DNA of 64,000 bases, taken from assembly GCA_011050075.1 (NCBI GenBank), contig DRGK01000017.1:39838-103837 (forward strand), in the 5' to 3' direction. The notes under the pieces were generated by a model that was not told the DNA's origin, did no database searches, and saw only the letters and a list, made by a program, of their open reading frames with translations. Shown here piece after piece: positions 27,273 to 36,593 of the stretch. The stretch is from Candidatus Jorgensenbacteria bacterium. GTDB lineage: Bacteria > Patescibacteriota > Minisyncoccia > UBA6257 > GWB1-50-10. Both the position numbers and the translations under genes were made by a program. Position 1 is the first letter of the stretch. Every line of letters starts with the position of its first letter.

Positions 27273-28368
27273 AAAACCGCGTAAGAATATACAAGTATCA
27301 CTCTTGCATTTTTTCAATGTTACGTTGATACCGTTACAGGAAAAGGTTAACTTTGCGCGCCATCTCTCAATAGGCATCAAAAGCGGCTTGTCTTTGCTCG
27401 ATACGTTGGATTTGATCAAACAGCAGACGTCGTCCAAGCGTTTTTCTGCGATGGTATCTCGTATCATGGAGGATATTAATAACGGCCAGTCATTAGCAGA
27501 TAGTCTGGAACGGTTTAATTATGTGTTCGGCCACCTGTTTATTAGCATGGTTCGCGTCGGAGAAGTTGGCGGGAACTTATCGGGAACGCTCGCGTATCTT
27601 TCTAACGAACTAAAAAAACAGAGAGAGCTTCATAATCGTGTGAAGTCGGCAATGATATACCCCGCGATTATTTTGATAGTGACGATAGGCATCACCGTGT
27701 TTCTCACTCTCTTTATTTTTCCTAAAATTCTCCCTATATTTCAAAGCTTGGGCGTACAGCTGCCGGCCAGCACACGGCTGATCATACAGACACTTTCATT
27801 TCTTGATAATTTTGGATTCTTGTTATTAGTCAGTATGGCGGTTTTTGCTATTGCGGTACGGGCGCTTCTATTTATACAGAAAGTTCGATACGGTATGCAC
27901 GCAGTGTCTTTGCGAATTCCATTTGTCTCGACGTTAATCATTAATGTAACCATTACGAGCTTTAGTCGTGTGCTCGCGGCGCTCCTCAAGAGTGGTATGA
28001 CACTACTGGACGCGCTCGTAGTTGTAAAAACAACTATCTCAAATTTGGTGTATCAGAAGCACGTCGAACAAATGATAGATGTTGTTCGACGTGGTGAAGA
28101 GATGACCAAGTACCTCAAGAAATATCCAAAACTATTCCCGCCGATGCTTGTCGGAATGATCAAGGTAGGTGAGGGAACCGGTAATTTAGAAGACAACCTG
28201 CTCTATCTTGCCGAGTACTACGAAAGCGAAGTTGATGAGACCGTCAATAACCTAACCACCATTCTTGAGCCGCTTCTCCTGCTCTTTATGGGTGTCATCG
28301 TTGGATTCATAGCGCTTTCCATTATCACACCGATTTATAAAGTAACGCAGGGACTAAACATTCGCTAA
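27265..28368 (+). CDS. pilC: Type IV pilus / type II secretion platform protein (PilC/GspF family)
   Basis: Two GspF repeats, 3 TM, ~367 aa; overlaps the pilB stop. Confidence 0.85.
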   Translation: MSKKPRKNIQVSLLHFFNVTLIPLQEKVNFARHLSIGIKSGLSLLDTLDLIKQQTSSKRFSAMVSRIMEDINNGQSLADSLERFNYVFGHLFISMVRVGEVGGNLSGTLAYLSNELKKQRELHNRVKSAMIYPAIILIVTIGITVFLTLFIFPKILPIFQSLGVQLPASTRLIIQTLSFLDNFGFLLLVSMAVFAIAVRALLFIQKVRYGMHAVSLRIPFVSTLIINVTITSFSRVLAALLKSGMTLLDALVVVKTTISNLVYQKHVEQMIDVVRRGEEMTKYLKKYPKLFPPMLVGMIKVGEGTGNLEDNLLYLAEYYESEVDETVNNLTTILEPLLLLFMGVIVGFIALSIITPIYKVTQGLNIR

Positions 28369-28853
28369 TGCTGTCCCTCAAACGTAAAACCTATAAACCC
28401 CTACCTACCGGCAGGCAGGTAAAATCTCAAAAAGGGTTCACTCTCCTTGAGATAATGATCGTTATTGGCCTCTTTGCTTTGCTCGTAGGCATTAGTATAC
28501 CGTTTGGACTTGATGTATACCGCAGCTACGTACTAATTTCCGAAACACGAAATATGGTTAGTTTCCTGCGACGCGCGGAGACGTTGTCTTTCACCAATAC
28601 CAGGAATGATTCGTATGGAGTTATGGTCATGAACGATCGATTCGTTGTGTTTCGTGGTGCGTCGTTTGCAACGCGTGATACTGCATTTGATGAAGAGTAT
28701 CTACGCTCGCCATTAGTAATCGTGTCGGGTATCGCGCATATTGTGTTTGCTGCGGTGACGGGAAGACCAGACATAATGGGTACCACAACATTCAGCAACG
28801 GCGTAAATGAACAAACAGTATTTATTAATGAACATGGCACACTTTTCTGGTGA
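28368..28853 (+). CDS. Prepilin-type (class III signal) pseudopilin with long basic leader
   Basis: …KPLPTGRQVKSQKG|FTLLEIMIVIGLFALLVG: Gly(-1), Phe(+1), Glu(+5) then a hydrophobic helix. Confidence 0.75.
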   Translation: MLSLKRKTYKPLPTGRQVKSQKGFTLLEIMIVIGLFALLVGISIPFGLDVYRSYVLISETRNMVSFLRRAETLSFTNTRNDSYGVMVMNDRFVVFRGASFATRDTAFDEEYLRSPLVIVSGIAHIVFAAVTGRPDIMGTTTFSNGVNEQTVFINEHGTLFW

Positions 28854-30249
28854 AAAGGGACAATCTCTCATAGAAATTCTTATTGCGTTCACACTCATCG
28901 TGCTTGGTATCGGGTCGGCGACGATACTGGTGTTTGGTGGACAAGGGCTGCTTATTGACAGGGGAAATACGGTACAAGCTCGTTCTCGTGCACAGGAAGG
29001 GTTACTTGCGGTAGAGCAGATGATACAGAACGATTGGGATTCGGTGTCAAATGGTACGTATGGCATTGTGTTCACCAACGGTACCTGGCAGCTATCCGGC
29101 GAAAGTACTATTGATGACCGATATACACGGTATGTCTCGGTAACCAGTATTGATGATAATCGGAAGGAGATTACAAGCAGTGTTGTATGGGAAACGGGTG
29201 GAGAAGGTTCCCGGATTGTTGAGTTTGTAACACTGGTTACCAACTGGCAAAATGTTGCACCGCCGTCACCGGATCCGGGAGATACGGGAGGTGGCGGAGT
29301 GAGCGGTAACTGGCAAAACCCGAGAACACTGGGTTCTGTTGATCTGGGTCCGGGAAATGAAGCATCAGACATTGATGTGATCAATAAGATCGTTTATATG
29401 TCTGCCACCGCGTCTTCTAAGAACAAGCCTGACTTCTTTATTATTGATGCAACCGATGGGGAAAATCCGGTAATGATATCTGAGCTTAATACCGGTCCGT
29501 CACTCAATTCCATTGATGCCAGCGGCAACTATGCATATGTGGCAAACGATGATGCGCAGGCACAGTTGCAGGTTATTGATGTGAGTGACATTAATAATCC
29601 TTCTATTACTGCGTCCCTTGAAGTTGCTGCTGACGCTGGAGGTACTGCTATATTCTTTACTAACGCAAAAATATATCTGGGCACCTACCAAAACGGTGCG
29701 GCTGAGTTTTATATCATTGATGTTTCGGACCCCTTAAACCCCAGCGTACTAGGCTCGTATGAAATGAACGGAACGGTGCGTGATATATATGTACGTAATA
29801 GTCGTGCATATATCACCGTTGAACGGGAAGTGGATACGGTAGCTATACTAAACGTTTCAACTCCTTCATCAATCGTATCGGAAGGAGGCGAATATATTGA
29901 TGAAGCATACGGTATCATGAGCATACGACCAGCACTCACCTTTATCGGCATTGATACTGATTTGGTTATTGCGGATACTGCGAATGCAGCCGCAGTGGCT
30001 ACAATTGGCTCTATCGGAATTGGCGGGAACGTCAATGATATTGCGGTGAGGGATTATCTCGTCTTTATTGCAACATCAAATAACAACAAAGAGTTCCAGA
30101 CAATTAACGTATCTGATCCAAGTAACCCATCAGTTCATTCTTCTTTTAATTTTTCGCAGGTTGGAACCGGTATTGATTACGAGGATAATATTGTCTACAT
30201 CTCAGTGAGAAGCAATGACGCTTTACGTATCATCACATCATCTCCATGA
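28807..30249 (+). CDS. Pilin-like protein fused to an LVIVD-repeat beta-propeller domain (candidate pilus tip/adhesin)
   Basis: N-terminus …GEKGQSLIEILIAFTLIVLG (prepilin-like); at least 4 LVIVD-type repeats (AYVANDDAQAQLQVIDVSDINNPS; IYLGTYQNGAAEFYIIDVSDPLNPS; AYITVEREVDTVAILNVSTPSS; VFIATSNNNKEFQTINVSDPSNPS). Confidence 0.65.
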   Translation: MNKQYLLMNMAHFSGEKGQSLIEILIAFTLIVLGIGSATILVFGGQGLLIDRGNTVQARSRAQEGLLAVEQMIQNDWDSVSNGTYGIVFTNGTWQLSGESTIDDRYTRYVSVTSIDDNRKEITSSVVWETGGEGSRIVEFVTLVTNWQNVAPPSPDPGDTGGGGVSGNWQNPRTLGSVDLGPGNEASDIDVINKIVYMSATASSKNKPDFFIIDATDGENPVMISELNTGPSLNSIDASGNYAYVANDDAQAQLQVIDVSDINNPSITASLEVAADAGGTAIFFTNAKIYLGTYQNGAAEFYIIDVSDPLNPSVLGSYEMNGTVRDIYVRNSRAYITVEREVDTVAILNVSTPSSIVSEGGEYIDEAYGIMSIRPALTFIGIDTDLVIADTANAAAVATIGSIGIGGNVNDIAVRDYLVFIATSNNNKEFQTINVSDPSNPSVHSSFNFSQVGTGIDYEDNIVYISVRSNDALRIITSSP

Positions 30250-30764
30250 AGACTCATAAACCCCTACCTACCGGCAAGCAAGTAAAATCTCAAAAAGGAT
30301 TCACGCTTATTGAAGCGCTTATCTATGCCACGCTATTAGGTATCTTTTTAGGCAGTGTCATTATTGTAGTTGGGAACATTCTTGCCTCTACCGATAGCAC
30401 ACTGGTGCGTAATGAGGTACTTGCCAATCAAGAGTTCGTTGAACAGAAACTTTCATGGCTTGCAGAACAGGCGACCGCGGTTACAGAACCACTCTCAGGA
30501 AGTTCCTCAACGCGAGTAGTTTTCACTGAACCGATATCCGGCACTAATCCGGCAATTTTTGAACTGCAGGACGGGAAAATTATGCTAACCCTCGGTTCCG
30601 GTGAAAGCGCTGCGCTGACCAATAATCGCGTGCGCGCGTCCGATTTCACCATTACCCACTACACATTAAACGGTGCATCACTGATACGAGTCTTATTTGG
30701 ACTTGAGCACATTGTCTACAGTCAAGTAACGAGCACGACCACACTCACCTTTATTATTCCGTAG
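30246..30764 (+). CDS. Prepilin-type pseudopilin with long basic leader (paralog of 28368..28853 at the N-terminus)
   Basis: MKTHKPLPTGKQVKSQKG|FTLIEALIYATLLGIF. Confidence 0.75.
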   Translation: MKTHKPLPTGKQVKSQKGFTLIEALIYATLLGIFLGSVIIVVGNILASTDSTLVRNEVLANQEFVEQKLSWLAEQATAVTEPLSGSSSTRVVFTEPISGTNPAIFELQDGKIMLTLGSGESAALTNNRVRASDFTITHYTLNGASLIRVLFGLEHIVYSQVTSTTTLTFIIP

Positions 30765-30767
30765 CAT

Positions 30768-31163
30768 ATGCAACACGATACATATCAACAGGGGTACGTA
30801 GCGGTTATGAGCGCTATTATCATTACCGCTATTCTGCTTGTCGTCGCATTGACCTTTAGTTCCAGTAGTTTTATGGGTAGGTTTGATACACAAGCAGTGG
30901 AATTCAAGATACTGACACGGAACTTAGCGCAGGGATGTATCGCGCATGCACAGTTAATGCTCGCGCTGGGAAGCTATACTGGCAATGAGGATGTGGTAGT
31001 GGGTGCATATACCTGCCGCGTCGTCTCCGTTACGCAGGGGAGCGGTATCATAACAGTGCAGGTAACTGCAATCATAGAGGACCACACTACAAATCTTGAA
31101 GCAGTCTTGGATAGCGCTACACTCGCTATTAATTCAGTTATAGAGATAAGTACGTTTGAGTAA
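30768..31163 (+). CDS. Membrane-anchored hypothetical protein in the pilus operon (PilX/minor-pilin-like?)
   Basis: N-terminal hydrophobic helix (VAVMSAIIITAILLVVAL) without a canonical G-F-x-x-x-E; operon position. Confidence 0.4.
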   Translation: MQHDTYQQGYVAVMSAIIITAILLVVALTFSSSSFMGRFDTQAVEFKILTRNLAQGCIAHAQLMLALGSYTGNEDVVVGAYTCRVVSVTQGSGIITVQVTAIIEDHTTNLEAVLDSATLAINSVIEISTFE

Positions 31164-31230
31164 ATATGGTATACTATCAATAGATAAGCTTTTTTAAGAA
31201 AAGGTCGTGTTTTTTTCAACATTATAGTAA

Positions 31231-31701
31231 ATGTCTAAAAATAGAGTGCAAAAAGTTAAAACAGAAGGTGGTTTTACATTAATTGAACTTTTGGTTGTTA
31301 TCGGCATCATCGCCATCCTTGCGGGTGTGGTGATTGTTGCCCTAAACCCGGCGCGACAGTTCGCGCAGGCACGCAACAGCCAACGTTGGTCAAATGTAAA
31401 TGCGATTTTGAATGCTGTAGGTCAGAACTTAGCTGATAACCGTGGGATATTCACCTGTGCTGCAGGAGTTATTCCAACGTCTGCGACAAATATGTCATCC
31501 TCTACATATGATATAGCGACATGTATTGTACCAACATACATGCCGACTATGCCATTTGACCCAAGTGATGCGAGCGCATACTACACCGATACGGCTGATT
31601 ACAACACGGTGTACAGTATTGTACGCAGTGCGACGACCAGCCGAATTACTGTCTCTTCACCATCAGCAGAATTAGAAGAAGCAATTGCAGTAACGAGATA
31701 G
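31231..31701 (+). CDS. pilA: Type IV major pilin (PilA-like) with prepilin leader
   Basis: MSKNRVQKVKTEG|GFTLIELLVVIGIIAILAGVVIV; own promoter and strong terminator; C-terminal Cys pair (FTCAAG…IATC). Confidence 0.8.
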   Translation: MSKNRVQKVKTEGGFTLIELLVVIGIIAILAGVVIVALNPARQFAQARNSQRWSNVNAILNAVGQNLADNRGIFTCAAGVIPTSATNMSSSTYDIATCIVPTYMPTMPFDPSDASAYYTDTADYNTVYSIVRSATTSRITVSSPSAELEEAIAVTR

Positions 31702-31721
31702 TCATTATACGTGTACTAACT

Positions 31722-31749
31722 AAAACCCCGGGATATGTCCCGGGGTTTT
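31722..31749 (+). terminator. Strong rho-independent terminator after the major pilin gene
   Basis: AAAACCCCGGGAtatgTCCCGGGGTTTT. Confidence 0.75.
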
Positions 31750-31815
31750 GACTGATTGAAAGTTTACTACATAACAAGCCATTTTTAGAGAAAATAGTGT
31801 GTTATAATTAGGATA

Positions 31816-32088
31816 ATGAAATTGCCGGAGTTTTTTAAACCAATTTTGTGGTCTTATGACTTTCCTGCCATAGATTCTGAGAAGAACAAGAAAGTTATTA
31901 TTGTGAATACGATAAATTACGGTGATTTAAAGCATTGGCATTGGTTGATACAACATTATGGGAAAGAGGCAGTTAAAGATGTTTTAGAACAGATCCCTTC
32001 AAGTGAAATAAGACCGCGGGCGCTTCGTCTCGCGACAACTATTTTCTCTATTAAAAACTTCAATTATGCACCTCGAGGTATTAACTGA
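31816..32088 (+). CDS. Small protein partner of the downstream nucleotidyltransferase (possible antitoxin-like component)
   Basis: 90 aa; overlaps the next ORF by 23 nt (coupled); AT-rich segment. Confidence 0.35.
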   Translation: MKLPEFFKPILWSYDFPAIDSEKNKKVIIVNTINYGDLKHWHWLIQHYGKEAVKDVLEQIPSSEIRPRALRLATTIFSIKNFNYAPRGIN

Positions 32089-32683
32089 GAAGGGCAAAGA
32101 AATTTTTTCCAGGCTTGATCGTTTTAATAAATTTTACCTCGCTGGTGGGACAGCATTAGCTTTGCAAATCGGACATAGGGCTTCAATTGACTTTGACTTA
32201 TTTTCCAAAAAAGAAATCCAGAAGGACTTTCTGTCTGAGATTGAGGAAGCTTTTCCTGGAGAGAACATATCAGTAGTTGTAAATAATCCCGATGAGGTAA
32301 CTGTTTTCGTAAGTGAAACGAAAGTTACTTTTTTGAAATATCCTTTCCCGTTGATATATGACCTTGTTAATTATGAAAGCGTAAACTTAGCAACCATTAA
32401 AGAAATAGCCGGAATCAAGGCCTATACAATTGGCAGAAGAGGATCTTTTAAAGATTACGTAGATTTATACTTTATTCTTTCTGAGAAGTATTTTTCTCTG
32501 AATGAGATTATTGACGTAGCTGAAAAGAAATACGGAAGTGATTTTAACTCACGACTTTTTCTTGAACAGCTTCTTTATTTGGAAGATATTACCGATACTG
32601 AAATTGTATTTTTAAAAGACAGCGTAGATAAAAAAGAACTAAGAAAATTTTTTGAGGAAGAAATAAAAAAGATTAAGATATAA
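32066..32683 (+). CDS. AbiEii/DUF1814-like nucleotidyltransferase (toxin-like NTase of a two-gene module)
   Basis: FYLAGGTALALQIGHRASIDFDLF matches the AbiEii N-terminal GGTAL…S/EDxDF core. Confidence 0.5.
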   Translation: MHLEVLTEKGKEIFSRLDRFNKFYLAGGTALALQIGHRASIDFDLFSKKEIQKDFLSEIEEAFPGENISVVVNNPDEVTVFVSETKVTFLKYPFPLIYDLVNYESVNLATIKEIAGIKAYTIGRRGSFKDYVDLYFILSEKYFSLNEIIDVAEKKYGSDFNSRLFLEQLLYLEDITDTEIVFLKDSVDKKELRKFFEEEIKKIKI

Positions 32684-32689
32684 AAATAA

Positions 32690-33610
32690 ATGACATTTGA
32701 ATCACCAAAATTTGAAGGAAAGGAACTTTCTCCTCTTAATAGGTGGGCCGAAAGAGGGGTCAAAGAAGCCTTGTCGGTCGTGAAAGAAAGATTTGAAAAT
32801 AAGGACAACAAAATTGAGAACCTTGATTTTCACAATACTCAGCACACGCAGAACGTGATACAAAGAACCGAGAAAATTCTCCTAGCAATGAGGGAGGGAA
32901 GTGCTCCAATTACCGAAAAGGACATTGCCCTTGGAAAGCTGTCATCGGCCCACCATGATGTTGTGCAGAGATGGGAGGAAAATAGAGTTAAGGACGGAAA
33001 TTTTGAGAAAGTAATGCGAAGACGCTTTATTGGTGATAACGAGAAAGCAAGCGCTCGCGCCGCGTTAGAGTTTATGGAAAAAGCAAATCAAGAAGCAGGA
33101 GAAGAGATTTTTAAAGATGAAGATATGGAAACGGTAAAAGAGGCGATTGTGGTTACTATCCCAGAATTTGATACGGAAAGGAAAACGGTTATCCAGCCGC
33201 ACCTCAATAAAGAATCGTCTTTTGTCGCAAGGGCTTTAGCTCTTGCAGATATTGGAGTCGCAGGCATGGAAGGATATAACGAGTTCGGTCAGGAAGGAGA
33301 CGCTCTTTTTAGAGAAGAGAATCTTGATATTCTCAGTGCTTTGGAAAACCCGGAAGAGCTTACATTAGAGCAGAAGGAGTATTTTAGAAACCGGATGCTT
33401 ATATGGAGCAAGTTCCAATCAGAGTTTGCCTCCGGCCGTAAGGCATTACTTGAAGAAGAACTAAGCGGTTTAACGTCTTCAGTTCAAGATGAAGTCAAAG
33501 ATTTATTTGATAAGTTTGATGAATCCATCGTGGGTGCGAAGGAAACCGCAGCTAAGCGAGAAGAGATGACCTTTGAAGAGTTAGCAAAGGACATGGGTTA
33601 TCGTCTTTAG
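32690..33610 (+). CDS. Hypothetical protein with putative HD-type metal-dependent phosphohydrolase motifs
   Basis: H…H (DFHNTQHTQN) and HD (SSAHHDVVQ) spaced as in HD domains; acidic C-terminus; AT-rich. Confidence 0.35.
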   Translation: MTFESPKFEGKELSPLNRWAERGVKEALSVVKERFENKDNKIENLDFHNTQHTQNVIQRTEKILLAMREGSAPITEKDIALGKLSSAHHDVVQRWEENRVKDGNFEKVMRRRFIGDNEKASARAALEFMEKANQEAGEEIFKDEDMETVKEAIVVTIPEFDTERKTVIQPHLNKESSFVARALALADIGVAGMEGYNEFGQEGDALFREENLDILSALENPEELTLEQKEYFRNRMLIWSKFQSEFASGRKALLEEELSGLTSSVQDEVKDLFDKFDESIVGAKETAAKREEMTFEELAKDMGYRL

Positions 33611-33623
33611 AAATCTCTAATTT

Positions 33624-35117
33624 ATGACTAAGTTTAAAACATACTATCTTTACTTCACCGTCTTTGTAACGGGTGCAGTAGTATTGATAATTGAAATCCT
33701 GGGAACAAGAATTCTCGCACCATTTTATGGTACAACAATTTTTGTGTGGTCTTCACTTCTCAGTGTCGCGCTCGGTTTTCTCGCGCTCGGCTATTGGGTG
33801 GGTGGTATTTGGGTTGATAGGAAGCCAAGCTTCTCCAATTTTTATGGGATCGTTTTTCTTGCTGCCACCACACTAGTACTGGCTATTAAACTGAACCGAG
33901 TTGTTCTCGTTTTCTCAGACCAATTCGGTTTGAAGTTTGGTCCACTCATTGCTTCGGTTTTACTTTTTGCGATACCACTTTTCTTATTGGGCATGATAAC
34001 GCCTTTTGCTATACGTTTGCGTACTAAATTAATAGAAAATGTGGGAACACGATCTGGGGGTATTTTTGCTATAGCGACCATTGGATCATTGATAGGAGCT
34101 CTACTCTCGGGTTTCTTCCTCATACCCATTTTATCTATAACGAATATTTTTTATATCACCACCTTACTTCTTGTAGTAATATCTGTTCTTGGTCTTTTAA
34201 TTTCGGGAAAAGAACAAATTAGTGGGAACCGTTATAGATGTCTCTTACTTTTCTTGATTTTTCTTGCTGTACTCTCAATTCCTTTGTTTAATATTGAAGC
34301 ACATAAGAATTCAAGAATTCTTTTTCAAAAACAAGGTTTCTACGGTGACATAAAAGTAGTTGAAATCGGAGAATCACGTTGTCTTGTAGTTAATGGGATG
34401 ACACAGACCTGTGTAAAAATAGAAACATATGACGGAGGTCTGTCATACATAGAAGAAATAGGGAGGATTTTAGCACTACGGCCGCAAGACAAAGACATCT
34501 TGCTTTTAGGACTTGGTGGAGGAAGTATAATGTCTTTTTTTTCAGAAATTCAGGAAATAGACATAATTGAAATAGCCCCCAAAATTATACATATCGCAGA
34601 AAGATTTTTTAACTTTCATCCAGACTTAAATCAGCGCATTATAATAGATGATGCCCGCAGTTTTTTGAGGAGGACAGACAAAAAATACGACCTTATTATT
34701 GCCGACGTGTTTTCGGCTACTACAATCCCTCTCCATCTTTCCACAAAAGAGTATTTTGAACTTTTAAAGAGTCACTTACATTCGGAGGGTCTTGTTCTTT
34801 TTAATTTTATTGGTCGTACTGGGCCAGAGGATCGGTATACAACCTCCTTTGTACGGACGCTACGTTCCGTTTTTCCCTCGGTGATAATTACAAGTCCAGT
34901 ACCAGGACTACAAAGTATGGTTCTCCATGCCTCGGTTGATGAGTCATACGCTCCTCGTATAGGTGAGGAGTTTTACGAAGTACCGGTAGCTGACGATATG
35001 GGAATACTATTGACTGATAATAAAAACCCCCTGGAATTGCTCGCCTTACCTAACCTTGAAGTGTTGCGAAGGAATTTAAAGTCATCCGGTGGTTTTGATT
35101 TGTTTTTCACCAACTGA
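33624..35117 (+). CDS. Membrane-anchored spermidine synthase-like (polyamine aminopropyltransferase fold) protein
   Basis: ~7 TM N-terminal domain fused to LLLGLGGGSIM…IDIIEIAPKII…IIADVF (SpeE/AdoMet-MTase-like). Confidence 0.6.
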   Translation: MTKFKTYYLYFTVFVTGAVVLIIEILGTRILAPFYGTTIFVWSSLLSVALGFLALGYWVGGIWVDRKPSFSNFYGIVFLAATTLVLAIKLNRVVLVFSDQFGLKFGPLIASVLLFAIPLFLLGMITPFAIRLRTKLIENVGTRSGGIFAIATIGSLIGALLSGFFLIPILSITNIFYITTLLLVVISVLGLLISGKEQISGNRYRCLLLFLIFLAVLSIPLFNIEAHKNSRILFQKQGFYGDIKVVEIGESRCLVVNGMTQTCVKIETYDGGLSYIEEIGRILALRPQDKDILLLGLGGGSIMSFFSEIQEIDIIEIAPKIIHIAERFFNFHPDLNQRIIIDDARSFLRRTDKKYDLIIADVFSATTIPLHLSTKEYFELLKSHLHSEGLVLFNFIGRTGPEDRYTTSFVRTLRSVFPSVIITSPVPGLQSMVLHASVDESYAPRIGEEFYEVPVADDMGILLTDNKNPLELLALPNLEVLRRNLKSSGGFDLFFTN

Positions 35118-35131
35118 AACACTCATTATCT

Positions 35132-36547
35132 ATGCCCCGCTTTTTAAATAGAAATTCCTTAGTTTTCATAGCACTTGCTACACTTGCAACTTTGCTTGTC
35201 TTTACCGTTTTGCCCTCTATCACAAATGCAGGCGGTACGTTTACCACCAACCAAGACAGTTTTAGGTTTAAAGGCGATACAGGCGGAGAAACGGCAACAG
35301 ACTGGATTGATGCCGAAGACACGAATATTACTCAAGCAAAAAACAGCAACTTTCGCATACGTATTCACTTTCATGAATCAGGTAATGCAGCCGGCGATGT
35401 GACACCTCTTTTAGAGTACAAAACTGCCTCTGGTAATGCATGTGCTAATACGACAGGGTGGACAACTATTACAACTGCAACGACAAATGCATTTGCTCTT
35501 GTCGATTCGTCACAGTTTGTTGAAGCAGTTGCAACTACTGAACAGTTATCAAGCTTTGGCGGAATAGGTTTTGTTGCTGGAGAACTCTTGGACCAAACTA
35601 ATCCCGGTACAATCATTACCATCGGTGCAAAAAACGAAAGTGAGTATGTATGGAACATGAAAGCAACGGACAATGCGGTCGATGGCACGGCGTACATATT
35701 TCGGGTGAGTAATAACGGCACCAACTTAACAAACTATAATGCCTGCCCGCAGGTAACAGTTCCTGCGGGCAATGCACCGCCCGTTGTTTCAAACGTTGCG
35801 TTGGATGGAGGAACAGCAATCACGCTCACAGAAAACACAACTAAAGCTGTTAGCGCTACGGCAGATGTATCAGATCCGAACGGCGCTGACGATATTATTT
35901 CAGCGACCTCAACCATCTACCGTTCCGGTGTCGGTGCGGGATGTACCGCTGATGATGAGAATTGCTACAAAATAGCGAGCTGCACGTTTTCTGGTGCGAC
36001 GAGTACCGTGACCTGCACGGCGAATATACAGTTCTTTGCCGACCCGACCGATGCAAGCTCTACTGCTTATTCTGCTCAGGATTGGCAGGCAGAAATTACG
36101 GTAACCGACTCTGCCAGTGCAACCGGTGCATCGAGCACTCTATCCGGCGTAGAGCTCAATACACTCTGGGCTATCGATATAACCGCAACTATTAACTACG
36201 GGGCTGTTAGTCCAACCGCAGATACAGGGAGTACAAATCAAAGCGTTACGGTTACCAACACAGGTAATGCGGCGATCGATATAGAGGCATCGGGGACTGA
36301 TATAACGCTTGGCGGTAGTACGATAGGAGTTGCCAATCAAAAGTATGCGACCTCCACCTTTACGTACTCGAGCTGTACAATCTGTACGGCACTTTCCTCA
36401 ACCCCCGCTGCATATGAGGTTGATTTACTCAAGCCGACCTCGGCCACGCCGGTTACAGATTTAATCTACTGGGGACTTGCGGTGCCAAACGGCACTGCGC
36501 AAGGGGTGCACAGCGGAACCAATACCTTTACCGCAATAGGCGATTAG
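35132..36547 (+). CDS. Secreted Thr/Ala-rich surface protein, paralog A
   Basis: Signal peptide; conserved Cys-containing module (RSGVGAGCTADDENCY); C-terminal VTVTNTGN… CARDB/DUF11-like module; ends …GTNTFTAIGD. Confidence 0.55.
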   Translation: MPRFLNRNSLVFIALATLATLLVFTVLPSITNAGGTFTTNQDSFRFKGDTGGETATDWIDAEDTNITQAKNSNFRIRIHFHESGNAAGDVTPLLEYKTASGNACANTTGWTTITTATTNAFALVDSSQFVEAVATTEQLSSFGGIGFVAGELLDQTNPGTIITIGAKNESEYVWNMKATDNAVDGTAYIFRVSNNGTNLTNYNACPQVTVPAGNAPPVVSNVALDGGTAITLTENTTKAVSATADVSDPNGADDIISATSTIYRSGVGAGCTADDENCYKIASCTFSGATSTVTCTANIQFFADPTDASSTAYSAQDWQAEITVTDSASATGASSTLSGVELNTLWAIDITATINYGAVSPTADTGSTNQSVTVTNTGNAAIDIEASGTDITLGGSTIGVANQKYATSTFTYSSCTICTALSSTPAAYEVDLLKPTSATPVTDLIYWGLAVPNGTAQGVHSGTNTFTAIGD

Positions 36548-36593
36548 TACAGGGTTGAATATGATATAATATACATAAAGAGGATGTAATAAT

